Notes: generated by a model from the sequence alone, not told the origin. A DNA stretch of 64,000 nt from Lophium mytilinum (GCA_010093605.1 MU004184.1:64179-128178); one strand, 5' to 3'. Counted from the stretch's first letter, positions 1 through 13,253 are shown. Translations and numbers: made by a program.

Positions 1-295
1 CCAAGGTAAGCTACCAGGCCGTTGCACAAGTGTTAGCCCGTCTAGTGTGTCAAGATCCAATGCTCTGGCGCATAGTAAAGTGGGTGGACCGAGCACTAAC
101 ATTGATCACAGCAGACAGGCAGCACGCGCCCACCAGCGGACCACTTTACTTCTCCTTCACTCGTCACAGACACCGCCCCCTAGTAACACAACGGCAGTCG
201 CGCTAGTCTAAACTTCGCTATAAGAGAGCCCTCCGTCCTTCCAACACTTAACAACAACGTCCAACACCACAACAACAGCCCAAAGCGTGCCCACA

Positions 296-1195
296 ATGGC
301 CACTCAATCCGACACAACCACCCCATTCCGCCTCCTCGACCTCCCCGCCGAACTGCGCAATAAGGTCTACTACTGGGCCTTGCCCCCCTCAATCACCCCC
401 TACGTGTGCCAGCACAACACCACCCACCACCTCACCTGCACCTTCTGCCACACCGCTACCGACCTGCCCGCCCCTCACCCCGCCGCCGCCCTCCTCCTCG
501 CCTGCCGCCAGCTCCACGACGAGGCCCTCCCGATCCTCCGCAAATACACAACCTTGACCCTCCCCGTGCAGCCCTGGTGCGCCATCCCCCGCGTCCTATG
601 GTCGTCCCTCTACTTCCGCAACATCCTCATCGCGCCGCCGCCCAAGGTCGGACCCGTGGACGTGGACGCGTTGACGGCGCTCTTCGACGGCGTGGTGTCC
701 CGGATGCGGGTGCGGCGCAGCTACGCGCTGTTGCGGCGCCTCACGGTGCACGCGTACGAGTATGAGGCGTTGGAGCGGATGATGGGGTCGCTGCGGTTAA
801 CAAAACCGGTGCAAGATGTGACGGAAGCGTGGCCGGATCTGCCGGTAAAGATGGAGTTTCGGGTGATTGCGGTGCAGAAAGACGCGAAGAAGTGGGAGGG
901 GGGGGCGGAGGGGGTGGAGTTGAGGAGGAAGTGTGAGGAGAGGGGGGTGGAGGTGGAGATGAGGGAGAGTGGGCCACGCCCGGTGGAGGTGTTGGTCGGG
1001 AAATGGTGTGTTTGTGCCGCGCAGGCGTATGTGGAGGATGTCAAGCGGAGGCTGAGGGAGGCGCCGAGTCGGGTGCCGTGGAGGGAGATGATGAGGATGA
1101 AGGAGTTTGAGAGGAAAAATCAGAAGAAGTTGGAGGGGTTGGAGGGGAGGGACTGGTCTGGGGGCGTGGAGACTGGGTTTTGCGGTGGTGGATAG
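296..1195 (+). CDS. F-box-like domain protein (fungal LLDLPAELRN..Y type)
   Basis: ATG at 296 in a single ORF. N-terminal PFRLLDLPAELRNKVY and downstream LLLACRQLHDEALPIL are typical of fungal F-box-like proteins. Confidence 0.75.
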   Translation: MATQSDTTTPFRLLDLPAELRNKVYYWALPPSITPYVCQHNTTHHLTCTFCHTATDLPAPHPAAALLLACRQLHDEALPILRKYTTLTLPVQPWCAIPRVLWSSLYFRNILIAPPPKVGPVDVDALTALFDGVVSRMRVRRSYALLRRLTVHAYEYEALERMMGSLRLTKPVQDVTEAWPDLPVKMEFRVIAVQKDAKKWEGGAEGVELRRKCEERGVEVEMRESGPRPVEVLVGKWCVCAAQAYVEDVKRRLREAPSRVPWREMMRMKEFERKNQKKLEGLEGRDWSGGVETGFCGGG

Positions 1196-1269
1196 GGGTG
1201 GATGACGCCCGTGGACGGGTCAAGATTCTTGATGGCGATTACCCTTTTCTTAAGACGGCAGATTGGACC

Positions 1270-1692
1270 ATGGAATTTTGCATCAGGTTGGGCATTGGGG
1301 GGGCACCTCTGGACGGATGGTAAAAGTTGACTAGATTTACCCTTTTCTGAAGGCTGTATATTAGATATCTGAATTTAGCGTGCGATTCCAAATACTACCC
1401 TTCCGAGCCTGCCTATCAGGCATTGAATATGCGACATCGCTGGGCATACTAGGCCACCCCTGGCTCTTTGACGTTAAAAAACGTAGGATGTAAAGAATTG
1501 AAACCTCTAAGTTAGACTGTGCATAGAACATATGTCTAGAGATCGCCTAAATCACCCGAACCTGCATATCAGACGTTGAATACGCGACATCGCTAGGCAT
1601 ACTGGGCCACCCCTGGCCCTTCCACTCTGAAAACGGTAGGATGCAAAGAATTAAAGCCTTTAAATTAGACTCTAGAGATCCCCCAAATCAAA
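1270..1692. repeat. Degenerate tandem repeat, about 150-bp unit, 2 good copies plus 1 weak copy
   Basis: gaatatgcgacatcgctgggcatactaggccacccctgg...tctagagatcgcctaaatca (~1425-1553) matches gaatacgcgacatcgctaggcatactgggccacccctgg...tctagagatcccccaaatca (~1578-1690). A weaker copy lies at ~1273-1310. Confidence 0.8.
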
Positions 1693-4295
1693 CTCCCAAA
1701 AGTCCGTCCATGCCCACCCCAGCCCATTATCCGTAGGCGTATCAAACGGCGGCAGATCATTCAACTCCTGCACTCCAAGGCCAATATCCATCAAATCTCC
1801 ACCATTACCAGTCGTACCATCAGTTCCAATATTCCCCCCAAGCAGAGCCCCCGATCCACCACCTCCAGCTTGTCCACCAGCATTTGAAAACCCGACACCG
1901 TTAGGTTGCGCACTATCCAAGCTGGCTCTCAGAGTATCCCCCAGTTCACCCCCAATGATGTTTGGCTGCAGCGCAAGCACTTTGTAGCACAATTGCGTTA
2001 TCTTCTCCGTCGCCTTTTGCCCGCGGGCTCGTGCTGTGTCTTGCTCCGCCCCAGACGCGCCGGCGGGAGCGGACGCGGCTAGCCCAGCTGCGGCGGCCAT
2101 GATCCAGTATTCCATGTAGCCAGTCCCTAGACGCAAGACTTTTGACTCGAAGATCTCGAGGGCGGAGTCGAGAAGTGGGACCGCCGCAGTGGCGATGGTG
2201 GTGACGAGAAAGTTGGAGGAGATAGAGCTAATCCTACTTGTCAATATCAGCCGAACCAGATCATGGGGGAGAGAGTCAGACTTACCTTACGGCGCCTGGT
2301 AGCACAAGAGGAGTGTTGGGCAACGTTGGGGTATGCTTTAGCGGATTCTTCGGGCCATTGATATCTGGAAGTTCAGCCCGCTCGTGAGGAAGCACACATT
2401 TGACCGCGGCGCCGTTCTGGGGTAAGTGAGAAACCTGGGGCACCGACATGGCGTAGACTGCCTGGCCGACGGAGATGGCGGCGCGGAAGACGTCGTTGCG
2501 GAGCATGTTGAGCATGTGCAAGCCTGCGGTGGTGAGGGTGCTGTGCTGCGTGAGCATCTTGCTACCAGCGCTGAGGATAGCAGTTGTAGAGTATGCGTAG
2601 CGCAGATTGCTGCCAGCTAGCTTCGCGAAGGGTTGGTGTAAGATGAGGAGGAACTGGCGCAGCTGAAGGTCGAGGAGGATGGCCGCGTTCTGGGTATGGG
2701 GAGTCGTCCAGTGTGGGAGAGCGGCGATGGCGGCGTTGAGCTGGGTGTCATAATGGAGCACGTCTTCATATTGCAGTCCACTCTTCGAGGTGTTAAGTAG
2801 GGAGGTTAGGTGGACTCGGAGAGAGAGACTGCGGCGGGAAACGTGGAGGTATGATGAGCTTGTGAAATCGGAGAAGTTTCGTGGAAGTGGTGCTGCGGCA
2901 CTGTCTGTGCAAAAAACAGAATCTTCAGCATTCGCGGGGGCGGGACAGTCGAAGTCGAGGCTGGTCAGACAAGTCTGCATCCCTTTCTCTAGAGATGCTT
3001 GCAGTTCTAGTTCCATCATGGTTGCCCAAATTCGCCGTCTCATTTCTTTGGTGAACTCGTCCGTCTTCTTGGGATTGAGCAGCACCGGATCGCGGTGTAG
3101 GCCCGCGGACATTCCACATCTAATAAGATCCCCAGTGTTTACCCAGTCCTGCTTTACTTTGATACTGTTGATACGTTTTGCGAGAATTAAGAGACATTGA
3201 ACCTGGAAGAAAGGGAGGGTGAGTTGTTTTCGGCTTTGGCGAGCAAGCCACGATTCAGCGGCCTCGATCCATGCTCCTGCTTCTTCGCGTCCAGATGAAC
3301 TGTCGCCGAGGAACTTCTTCTCCCCTTCATCCGACAGGCAACGCACAGTAGCCATGACCAGAAGTAGCGTGGCGTAGAAGCTTGGTGGGCTGTCTGCAGG
3401 ATTCTCGCCGAAGCGCTCGAACTCCCGCCAAAAGGATCCACGGTGTAAGATACGATAAGTGTTCTCGTAGTTTTGGAAGTACAGTAGCATATGACTATAC
3501 ACGACATCTTTGGGAGGGATGAGGGCTAAGATGTCGGCATCCGATACTACTTGGCCAGGTTGATGACAGCTCGCCTTGGAAGCTTTCCTACGGGCGCGGA
3601 ATGACTTGAAATCGGTCTTGATGCGTACCATGGCGGCATCTGAACTCATTGCCTCTCTTGTAAAGACATGAACCTCTGGAAACTTGAATTGTTAATTGAT
3701 TGCCTTGCTGAAAGGGACAGTGGCATACCTGAACAAGAAGAGCCATTGGGCTTGTGGAACCGTAGAAATGGGTCTTGAAACCACTTCCTCTGAACATCAC
3801 AGATTCCTTGGGCGGTTCGATAGTGTTTAGAGTCTCGTCATCTTGGCTAAAACCTGTAGCAGGAGTTGACTGGGAGGTGTCGAGACGAGCAAGCTTCTTC
3901 TCCAGCATTTCGATTCTTCGTTGCTGCGCGTGCATTTTCCAGGTGACAGAATCTGAACTTAGCGCACCTCCGTGGGCTGGAGGTGGCATAAAGGGCATAT
4001 TAGTTTGGACATGGCTCGGAGCCGCCATTCCAGCACCGTTCATCGCCGAATCTCCGGGCCCACCACCTTGAAACTCCTCCACCAACCTGGGGTCATAAGA
4101 GCACTGCTCTGCTCTCCCCGTCCTGGCGCAGCGACCGCATACTGGGAAGACGCGGTCGCATTTCATCTTCCGGTTCCGACAGGCATAGCACGAGAGCACC
4201 TTTCTCTTCTTGCTGGCCCTCTTCTCCGGCGATCCATCGTGGTCAGATGATGGCGAACGGGAGCGGGAACGGGATCCAGTGCTACGCGCCGACAT
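1672..4295 (-). CDS. Zn(II)2Cys6 fungal transcription factor with Fungal_trans middle homology region; exons 4295-3729, 3682-2286, 2233-1672
   Basis: CYACRNRKMKCDRVFPVCGRCARTGRAEQCSY binuclear cluster and GLHRDP...EMRRRIWAT motif. Introns 3683-3728 and 2234-2285 join three ORFs in frame. Confidence 0.93.
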
Positions 4296-6934
4296 AGTGT
4301 GAGTGTTGAATCTGATAAGACGAAGGAGATGGGAGGAGCCTTCGCCGACTTCTCCTGGAGGGCGATGCGGACATGCAAAGGGATATGAAGAGAGTGTGTA
4401 AGAGCGGATATGTCGGCCGTCGGACGGACCTTCGGACTTTGCGGCATGGCCGAACAGCGAGAGTACCTAGCGCTGAGTAAGAGGGCTAACCCACAGTCTG
4501 AGCAACGATGTACCACTCCGGAGCAAGGCGGTGCTGATATTGAGGCTAAGGATAGAGAGTTGTATGATAGAGGTCTGAGAATCGGGGAACTGGAGGCAAA
4601 GGCTGCATCAATTCATACTTGTATCTGTGAGCAGATCATGTGACATGCCAAAAATCCATCTTTGACCTGAATTAGGCCTTGTGAACATTGAGGAACGAAT
4701 TGAATACTTATTTGGAGCCTTGAACACTTTCTAGGAGCTTGATACACTGCGATGTACGGAATCGGAGGTTGAAGCACGTGACCGTTCTCCGTTGCCCGAA
4801 CGTCGACCTTGCCCCTTCTTCCCCCACCTCTGAAAGAACCCATCAAAAGCTGCCCACGCTCTGACGATGCTCCCCGTTAATCACCCGGCTTCTAGACGTA
4901 GCGCCAGTATCCTTCAGCCCGACTTCTACGCTGTCAGACATTGATGAGCTATCTCCCGGATCCGGCCCGGAGCGCACCTGGATCCATATTCGAATTAACT
5001 CACACCACACATCAACCAATGAAAATGCTCATCTCGACCAATTGACGCCGCGCCTTTCCATAGTCGTCGTGACCAAGGTGTGGCAGCCTTGATCCATCTC
5101 CTGTTCACTTGGCTTAGCGTTGCGGTCACGCCGTAGCGCATGCCCGACCTAGGCTCAACACACGCAGCTTAGCGACCTATTCTTGGTAGCGTTTTCGCGC
5201 TGCATGGTTTACGCTTGAGCCTATTCTGACTGCAGGGCATGCTTTCATTCTTGAAGTACTAGCAGATGCGGAGGAAATTTCCAAGGTCGAGTCACCACAA
5301 AACGGGCGAGAGTACCACATCAGGCTCGGGCAGTGCAAAGATTTTCAGATAAGATCGCCTCGAATGGATGTTGCATTTCATCATCCTGAAGGTGCAACCA
5401 CTGCATAAAAGGCGAGTTCAATTTCCAGTATACCTAGGTACGGAGCTTTCAAACTCGAGCAGCGCGAGGTAGCGTCAACTTCCGATTCGTCGAGGAAGGT
5501 ACGGTTGACGGAGAGCGGATTACTAAAGACAATACGAAGGATTATCTCTGAATGTTATTGGTATTTCAACATCATTTGCTTCTTCCAGAAAGCAACGACC
5601 AGCCTTCCGGCTACTATGTGTCCCTTCGAAGGATTGGCTGGCTAAGATGGATCATTAGCTCCGGATCCCCTGTGCCCCTGCGGCCACCCCACAATCACTC
5701 TCGTGTCACCGTTTCTTCATTCCCCCTCCCAAATGTCACCCTACATTGTTCACTCAAAGTGCCAACGTTCTTTAGCTAGAGGACGACGGAAGTGGGCTAA
5801 CATGGGATTTTCTAGCAAATACTGCGCCATGGAACTGGACAGCAGTTTTGTAAAGCCTGGTTTTGAAACCCGAAACACCACTTCGGTGAAGTTATATGGT
5901 CGCAAATAGTTTCGTCGAAGTATCGCAGTCTAGTCATGGCGTTCACTCATGGAGCAGTGTACCCGATTGACAAGGTATCGTAAGCCAACCGAGCGCACGA
6001 TCACCCACTTGCGGAGTTTCTCAGGATGAAATGCGGAGAATCCCTGCCGTTCCCCGCAAATCTATAGTACTCAGGTGAGCCTAAATCGAGGACGTGCATG
6101 TCAGTCGATTCCAAACTCCTTTCCAACGACTGGTTGGATCAAATAGTATCTTCATTCAATATCCGCTCACGCTTCCATCGAGTGTCGCGCGGTCGTTCAA
6201 TATATCCCAAGAAGCTTCTGGCCGCCCTTCCGAAAGGCGATGTTCTAGGAACGCTCATAAATACAACCACCTAAGGCTGACGCGTTAAGACTTCCATCGC
6301 TAGATGACAAGAGGGTACCTAAAGACGAGTTGTTGCGGGCGTATGACATGCCTACGGACAGATAACAGCGATCTTCAAACTCTACCAATAGGCTCCTACC
6401 CGATATGCTCTTTCAGAGCATGAGGTTCATAGCGGTTCTATATACTTTCCCCCGAAGTACACGCTTCAGCATCAGAAATCCCGTGTTTTGGATATACTCA
6501 GGCCTCAAATCACTCATTTTAGTCCGAGGGGATGCAGTAGAACCATCGTCAACCAGGCCTTGAAGCGGAGCTTTCCTGTTTCGAACCTGGGACTACCTTA
6601 TGATAGCTCCGCCAAGCCTCCCATAGGACAAGCATTCAGATTGACGGATGGTAAGTAATTCCACACAGTGGGAGATAGATTGTGTTTGGTGGAGCTAGGT
6701 GTGCTTCTCCCCTCAAAAGGTCTCCCGCTCAGGTACATTCGTTGCACTTTATATTAATCCGGTATTCATTAACAGTCCATATTCTCTGATCCAGTCATGC
6801 CGTGACATCGACCCACAACACCCAGACTTTGACTCTCCTACGTCACCTGTTTCTTTACACCTTGCTCAAGTAATTTCGCTTTCCACAGATTCAGCCTGGC
6901 CATCAATTTCCCGTGTAGATTCTGGGGCAGGATG

Positions 6935-7210
6935 CGGCGACATGCCCGCCGCAATTCTTTGGAATGCCTCCGGACCTCATTAATAGCGTGTGGTCTTGAC
7001 CCCCCCTATTGTGGATACTTCTCCTATAACGTTCAAAGTCATCCGAGCCCTTGCCTGAGAGGCGATCCCGTCGATCCGGTGCTCCACTGAACTCCACATG
7101 GCAGCGGCTTCATCGACCGATGGAGCCGTACCCAAGCCAGTGTTCGTATGGTATGAATCTTGGGCGCCCCATTGACATCGCTTCTCGCGAACCTGCTCTA
7201 CATATAAAAG
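6935..7210 (+). promoter_or_regulatory. GH7 proximal promoter: CGG-N8-CCG site (6935-6948) and TATA box (~7204-7209)
   Basis: cggcgacatgcccg and tataaaa are seen directly upstream of the GH7 ATG. Several SYGGRG (CreA-type) hexamers lie further upstream. Function is inferred. Confidence 0.45.
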
Positions 7211-7272
7211 GGTCGCAAGGCCTCAGAGGTGGCTGCAATCACCCTCCATTCAACAGTCTGTCATCATTCGCT

Positions 7273-8771
7273 ATGTATCGCAGTCTCGCTTTCGTCTCCA
7301 CGCTTCTCTCAGTGGCCGCCGGCCAGCTGGTTGGCACCCAGCAGACTGAGACCCACCCCTCGATGAGCTGGTCGACCTGCACAGGTGCTAACAGCTGCAC
7401 CACCAATAGCGGAAAGGTGGTCATTGACGCTAACTGGCGTTGGGTACACGTCAAGGACGGGTGAGTGATGAAAAAGCGTTTAGAAAGCTGACCACTAAGA
7501 GCTTCTTAGCTACACTAACTGCTACACCGGAAACGAATGGAACGCCACTGCTTGCCCCGATGACAAGACCTGCGCTGCAAATTGTGCCGTAGATGGAGCA
7601 GACTACACGGCAACATACGGTGTCCAGGCCAGCGGCAACTCGCTGAAGCTCACCTTCGTCACGGATGGGTCGTATTCCACCAACATCGGCTCCCGCCTCT
7701 ACATGATGGCCGATGATACGAACTACCAAATGTTCAAGCTCACCAACCAGGAGTTCACCTTCGAAGTGGACCTCTCTAACCTCCCTTGCGGTCTCAACGG
7801 CGCTCTATACTTCGTCTCCATGGACAAGGACGGCGGGATGAGCAAGTACTCCACCAACAAGGCTGGAGCTAAGTATGGAACGGGCTACTGCGATGCCCAA
7901 TGCCCCCGGGACTTGAAGTTCATCAACGGAGAGGTACGCGCGCTGCCTTCTCTTTCCCCCTCCCCTCATCTCCAAAACTTCTCTTTTCCCAAGACACTTC
8001 TCCTACTAACTCCTACCCCAGGGCAACGTCGAAGGCTGGAAGCCCTCCTCCAACGACGCCAACGCCGGCGTCGGCGGCCACGGCTCCTGCTGCGCCGAGA
8101 TGGACGTCTGGGAAGCCAACTCCGTCTCAACCGCCTACACGCCCCACTCCTGCAGCACAGTAACACAGACCCGATGCGACGGCGACGCGTGCGGTGGGAC
8201 CTACTCCGCAACCCGCTACGCCGGCGTGTGCGACCCTGACGGGTGCGACTTCAACAGCTACCGCATGGGCGACACCTCCTTTTACGGCAAAGGCAAAACC
8301 GTCGACACGTCCTCCAAATTCACCGTCGTCACGCAATTCATCGGCTCCGGCGCCGACCTCGAGATCAAGCGCTACTACGTGCAAAACGGGAAAGTGATTC
8401 CGAATTCTGCGTCCAAGGTCTCGGGCGTCACGGGGAACTCGATCACAACGGCGTTCTGCGATGCGCAGAAGGCGGCGTTTGGGGACCGGTACACGTTCAA
8501 GGAGAAGGGCGGGATGGCGAATATGGCGCAGGCGCTGTCCGGGGGCATGGTGCTGGTGATGTCGCTGTGGGACGACCATTATGCGAATATGCTGTGGCTG
8601 GATAGTAGCTATCCGACGGATTCGCCGACGAGCCAGGCGGGGATTGCGAGGGGGACGTGTGCGACGAGTAGTGGGGTGCCGGCGGATGTGGAGAGTCAGG
8701 CGGCGAGTGCGAGTGTGACGTACTCGAATATTAAGTTTGGGCCGATTAATTCGACTTTTGCGGCGGCTTAG
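7273..8771 (+). CDS. cbh1: Glycoside hydrolase family 7 cellobiohydrolase, secreted, no CBM1; exons 7273-7460, 7510-7933, 8022-8771
   Basis: Signal peptide, then [36 protein letters not shown], catalytic EMDVWE and [20 protein letters not shown]. Two introns restore the frame. It ends at [11 protein letters not shown] with no linker or CBM. Confidence 0.97.
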
Positions 8772-9279
8772 GGGGCCAGAGGGAGGGGCCTCACTGGAGT
8801 GTGGGCTTCGTTCGTTCTTCTCATACTTTGGGAGACTGGGGAGGTGATGTATGTGAGGGGTGTGGTGTAGTTGACGTGACAAGGACATAGTGTTGGGATA
8901 TTGTTGCAATCATAGGAATCAGACACTCTTTTGACTGATCGACCAGGAGCTATCTGAGCTACCCCTGACGATGGTATCAAGTTGACAACGCTATAGTCTG
9001 AATTGAGAGATTTCCAACTATCCGCCCTTAGAACCGTGTTCAACATACAATCACTGACAATAAAGAAGCTTGTTCAATTCATGACTACTGGAACGCTGAA
9101 TTCACCAAACGGAGACTTAGTACGTCCGGGTAGACTACCGGAGTACTTTCTAAATGCCCAAAACAGGGAGGTTATCCGTTAAATCTGAATAGCATCTTCG
9201 ATATCAGTTTGGGCATCCTTATGCCACTGCTTGGGGTGCACCTTTAGGCTTTCGATCCTCAAAATATGATGTAAAGATC

Positions 9280-10460
9280 GACCCAGTGAATGTCAAGCTG
9301 CCTTTTAACTGGTTGAAGACTTACTGGCTGGGCCAGCCTTCACGGTGGCGTCAAGCAATCAAGATTAGAAACCTAAAAGTCCTATATTTAGAGGTGCCTA
9401 GATTTATGTCCTAGTAGGACAACGAGAAACTCAATCCAAATTCGTAACGTCTTAAGCTTTACATTAACGCTTCCTGAATTATTGTACCCCCAGGAGGTCT
9501 TCCCCACGGTATGAATATTGTAGGGCGGCAGCTTTCAATGGGTAAGATATCTAGTGCACAGCGAAGACATGAGGTTGGGCACTTTCGCGACTGTTTGGGG
9601 CACCTAGATAGGCTTTTGAAACTCCATATACGATAGGAAGGTCAACGGAGTGGCAATCGAATTGCTTTTTGAAGTGGCAGTCACCTGATGGGCGGGGTAC
9701 TCCTTACAGTGGTGTCGGGCGAGCACTGGTGAAGCCGAAGCAGTAAAATACTCCTGTGCCCAGACCCTGACTTGGTTGGTTGCTTAGTCCTAGACTAGGC
9801 AGAAATGTTCGCAGAAGGTTGCGTGGCAATCCGACTTCAAGTAAAATGTGATCGTGAACTCAGTAGAAACCACCTTACCTTTTGGAGCAGCCACCATCTG
9901 ATAGGTGGGGTGCTCCTGACAGTGGTGTCGAGCAAGTGAAGCTTAAGCTGAAGCAGTAACATACTTGTTTGCTCAGACTTTAACTTAGTAAGGCGACTCC
10001 GAGTATCATGTATTAGTCAATTTAGTGGAATATAGCTGACCTTTTAGGGGAACCACCATCTAATAGATGGACTGCTCCTGATAGTGGTATTGATCAAGTA
10101 AAGGTGAAGCCGAGGGACTAGTATACTTATGTGCCCGAACTTTGACTTGGAAAGCTGACTCTGAATATATTAACGCAGCGGAAATTGGCTTACCTTTTAG
10201 ATGAATTATCATCTGGTAGATGGGGCGCTCTTGACAGTGGTACCAATCGAGCAAGAATGAAGCCGAAGCTCTAGTATACCCGTGTGCCCAGAATTATGAC
10301 CTAGTAAACCGACTTCGAATATAATGTAAGTGTCAAGCAGTGGAAACTACACTACCATTTGGACGATCAATGACGTACCCTCTAGGGCACTCCTCACAGT
10401 GGTGTCGACAGAGCAGGAACAAAGACAGAGTAGTCAAAAATAGGTGTGTCCAGCCATATA
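9280..10460. repeat. Degenerate tandem array A, 5 clear and up to 7 copies, unit about 153-213 bp
   Basis: Core ctcctNacagtggtgtc at ~9700, 9913, 10075, 10228 and 10390, followed by gaagccgaag...atac..gtgcccagac and cagtgga...tacctttt. Weaker copies at ~9337 and ~9500. Confidence 0.85.
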
Positions 10461-11012
10461 CGGTATACCTGTCACAAAATGGCCACGGCACATTCACAGC
10501 TTGTTCACACAATGCGTGGACACCATAATCAAGTAGAAGCAACACATAACTTTAGTATGAGCGCAGTTCTTCCATTGACTACAAAAGGCATGCTCCAAGG
10601 CCACCTCCTCCAACCAGATGATGGTGTATGAGCGGAAGAACAGCCAGAAACGGTGTGAGTATGAGGGCGGGGACAGGGTAGCAAAGTGTCGACGACATGC
10701 CGCTAATGTCCGTTGTTGCACATGTCGAGGTACCGCGAGGGCTGGACGCGGTGGTCCCTCGGGGGTCCCAACCTTGAGGAAGTTTGCCCAGTGAGTCAGC
10801 ACTCGATATCCACAAGCACGACGAGGGCAGATGAACTCACACTTTGTAAAGGTGCGTGACAAAGCGACCAGCGCTTGAGATAAGAATAATGACGAGACGT
10901 CGAGGTAGGAGTGGAACAACGCGTCTTGCTGGTTCGACGTTAGCTGGACTTAAGGAAGTTAAAGAACAAAGGAGGCTTACTACGAAATTGTTGAACTTGG
11001 CCGAAGTCTAGG

Positions 11013-11103
11013 ATCCTTCATGGGTGAGATCTCGCGGATTGCGGTGGATGGGGTGCCTTCTTCAGAGTCGAGGTGAATCTCCTTGAGGGCGACGAACTCG
11101 CCC
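11013..11103 (-). pseudogene. PHO85: Isolated fragment of PHO85/PhoA-type cyclin-dependent kinase
   Basis: Translates to [30 protein letters not shown], nearly identical to the Pho85 subdomain II-III segment. No other kinase exons were found nearby. Confidence 0.85.
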
Positions 11104-11920
11104 GCGCGTGCTGCTGAGCCCCCAGGCCGCAGGCGATGGGCATGATGTTGGAGAACTACATGCACGATGTGTCAGTGGAGGACGGACAAAAGGGAGAAGA
11201 AACGGACTAACAACCAGGAGATGGGGTGTGCGGTGTGCGGTGTCGCCAGGTGGTAGAAGATTGGTGAAGGCAGAGAGGAGGAGACGGAGGGGCGAGAAAC
11301 CTTTCTACCGGGCAGATGTACGGCCTTGGCGTGACGTGGTGATGCGGAAGGAGCAGGCCCAGGGTCCTCGAGACGGCGAGGCTGTGTACTGAATGGGGTG
11401 CCCCTCGAGCCAGTGAGTCTGGCACAGGTAGTGAAGCACGGCGCTGCACTTGGCTTTCTGATGTTTAAAAGCGCTTTTGAGGGCGGACGAAATGTCAGTT
11501 GTGCGGCATGAAGCAACTCTTTCTCCCTAAACTACAAGCTATAGGGTAGCATGTAGCTGAAACTGCTCAATTCCACGCGGGAGCCTGCGCTGAGGACATT
11601 CTACAGGGGGTAGAATGAGGTGAAGTGAGGCTCCGCAGGCGGCCGTGACGAGTGGTCTCGTGACCGGCCTTTTCTTGTTGTTCCGTCATCTTCGCGGACG
11701 TCTTGCTCGCGTCTCTTCGTTCACCACCACCAGTCCTCCTCCATCCGCGCAACCTTCAAACTGAAAGCCGACACGCACAGCACAACACGCTCGAGTCTTG
11801 AACCGCACCGTACGTATATGCGAAGTCTCCCGCTGTGGCCGCCACTGACCCCCACCCTCCCACAGACTCAACGAATCGCCCACCCTGGCACCCGCGTTCT
11901 TCAACGTAGCAACATCCAAG

Positions 11921-12379
11921 ATGCTGGAGAGCCAGCGTCAAGCCCTTTTGGTCGCGAGAGCCTCCCTGAGAGCCACTAGACCCGTCCGCATCTGCGTTGA
12001 CCATCCGGGGATGTGCCTGGTCATCTGGACTTGCATGTGCCTCGTCCTCATAGGCCTTCTGATCGCTTACCTCGTGTACGGATTTTCCTGGCTCCCGCAG
12101 CATCATGATATCAATACTGACAACCGTGTAGGGCTCCAGCCGGCGTTTCCAAAGACCTTGATTAGGAGAGAGGCCGCTTCAAAGACCGAACATGGACGGA
12201 AGCTCGATTCGGAGTTCATTTCGTGTATTCTGTCGGTCCCGGGAAGGTTCTTAGTCTCATCTGGTGGCGGTACGGATTTGACATCATGGAATGATTGTGG
12301 AGTTTATCTGGGGGGCGATCGATGGAATCTCAAATGTGTGGGTGGAATACACAGTTGGTCTCGCGTTTCCAGTGAATAG
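11921..12379 (+). CDS. Possible small single-pass membrane protein (hypothetical)
   Basis: ATG-initiated 152-aa ORF with the hydrophobic stretch LVIWTCMCLVLIGLLIAYLVYGF. No family was recognised. Confidence 0.3.
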   Translation: MLESQRQALLVARASLRATRPVRICVDHPGMCLVIWTCMCLVLIGLLIAYLVYGFSWLPQHHDINTDNRVGLQPAFPKTLIRREAASKTEHGRKLDSEFISCILSVPGRFLVSSGGGTDLTSWNDCGVYLGGDRWNLKCVGGIHSWSRVSSE

Positions 12380-13253
12380 CGGACATACAACAACAATGGG
12401 AAACTGAGCCGGCGAATGCCTGGTCGAAACTACTACGAAACGAATGCATTGCCTTGAGGACTTACGGCTTTTGACACGCCCAGGAGCATGCCGTAATACC
12501 AGGCTAACAAGTACCTGACCGCACGCATCTTTGAGCAGACTCACAGGCACATTCAATATTCCAGGAACAGGTGAATGCAATAGTCACAGATGATTGCCCG
12601 TGCTGCCCCAAGAGGGGGTGCCCAGCAACTAATAAGAGCAGCCCTCCTTGACCTACAACCGCAACTCCGGACTCCGCTAACAAAAGTCCCAATCAGACCT
12701 CCGTACCATATACGTACAATCCTAGTTGGACCCAAGCCAGCAATACGAGTCTTGCCCTTACCTCTCGGTCTTGGCTGCGACGTGGTACGGCCCGATTAGT
12801 GATAATAAGTCAGACGGCACGGACGGCTGTGGCGTGAATAAGCTTGTCGATCCCTCCGAAATAGCATACAGATGGAAACGCGCAAGACCGACCGGGACTC
12901 TTATTCTGCAGATCGGGAAAGTGGAGACGGCGATTGAGACCTCCAGTCTCACGACGCTCGTGGGGAGTGGTTCTTGGCACCGCTCCGCCATGGGAGAGGC
13001 AGAGCTGACGACCTTCTGTGCTCGTATTTTTGAGGCTGTGGTACGGAGATGATGGTAGAGAATAATCATGACGAGGCGAGAGAGGACATGAGATGAGGAA
13101 AGGGAGAAGGTATAAAGAGACCTGTCCATGCGATGGCTACTTTCATTATCCAGCGCTTCCATCGTCTCAGCCACCACCTTCATCAGCTCCTCTCAATTCC
13201 AAACCCTTTCAAGCCTACTCGTTAACTTCGTCGCCTTCTCCAAAGCCGCAAAA

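Noticed and set aside
8127..8909. 260-aa antisense ORF over GH7, and similar antisense ORFs over the tannase and helicase genes
   Set aside because: These are by-products of codon bias on the coding strand.
9119..9147. Imperfect palindrome agtacgtccgggtagactaccggagtact as an element terminus
   Set aside because: It is bulged with almost no loop, and no matching element end was found.
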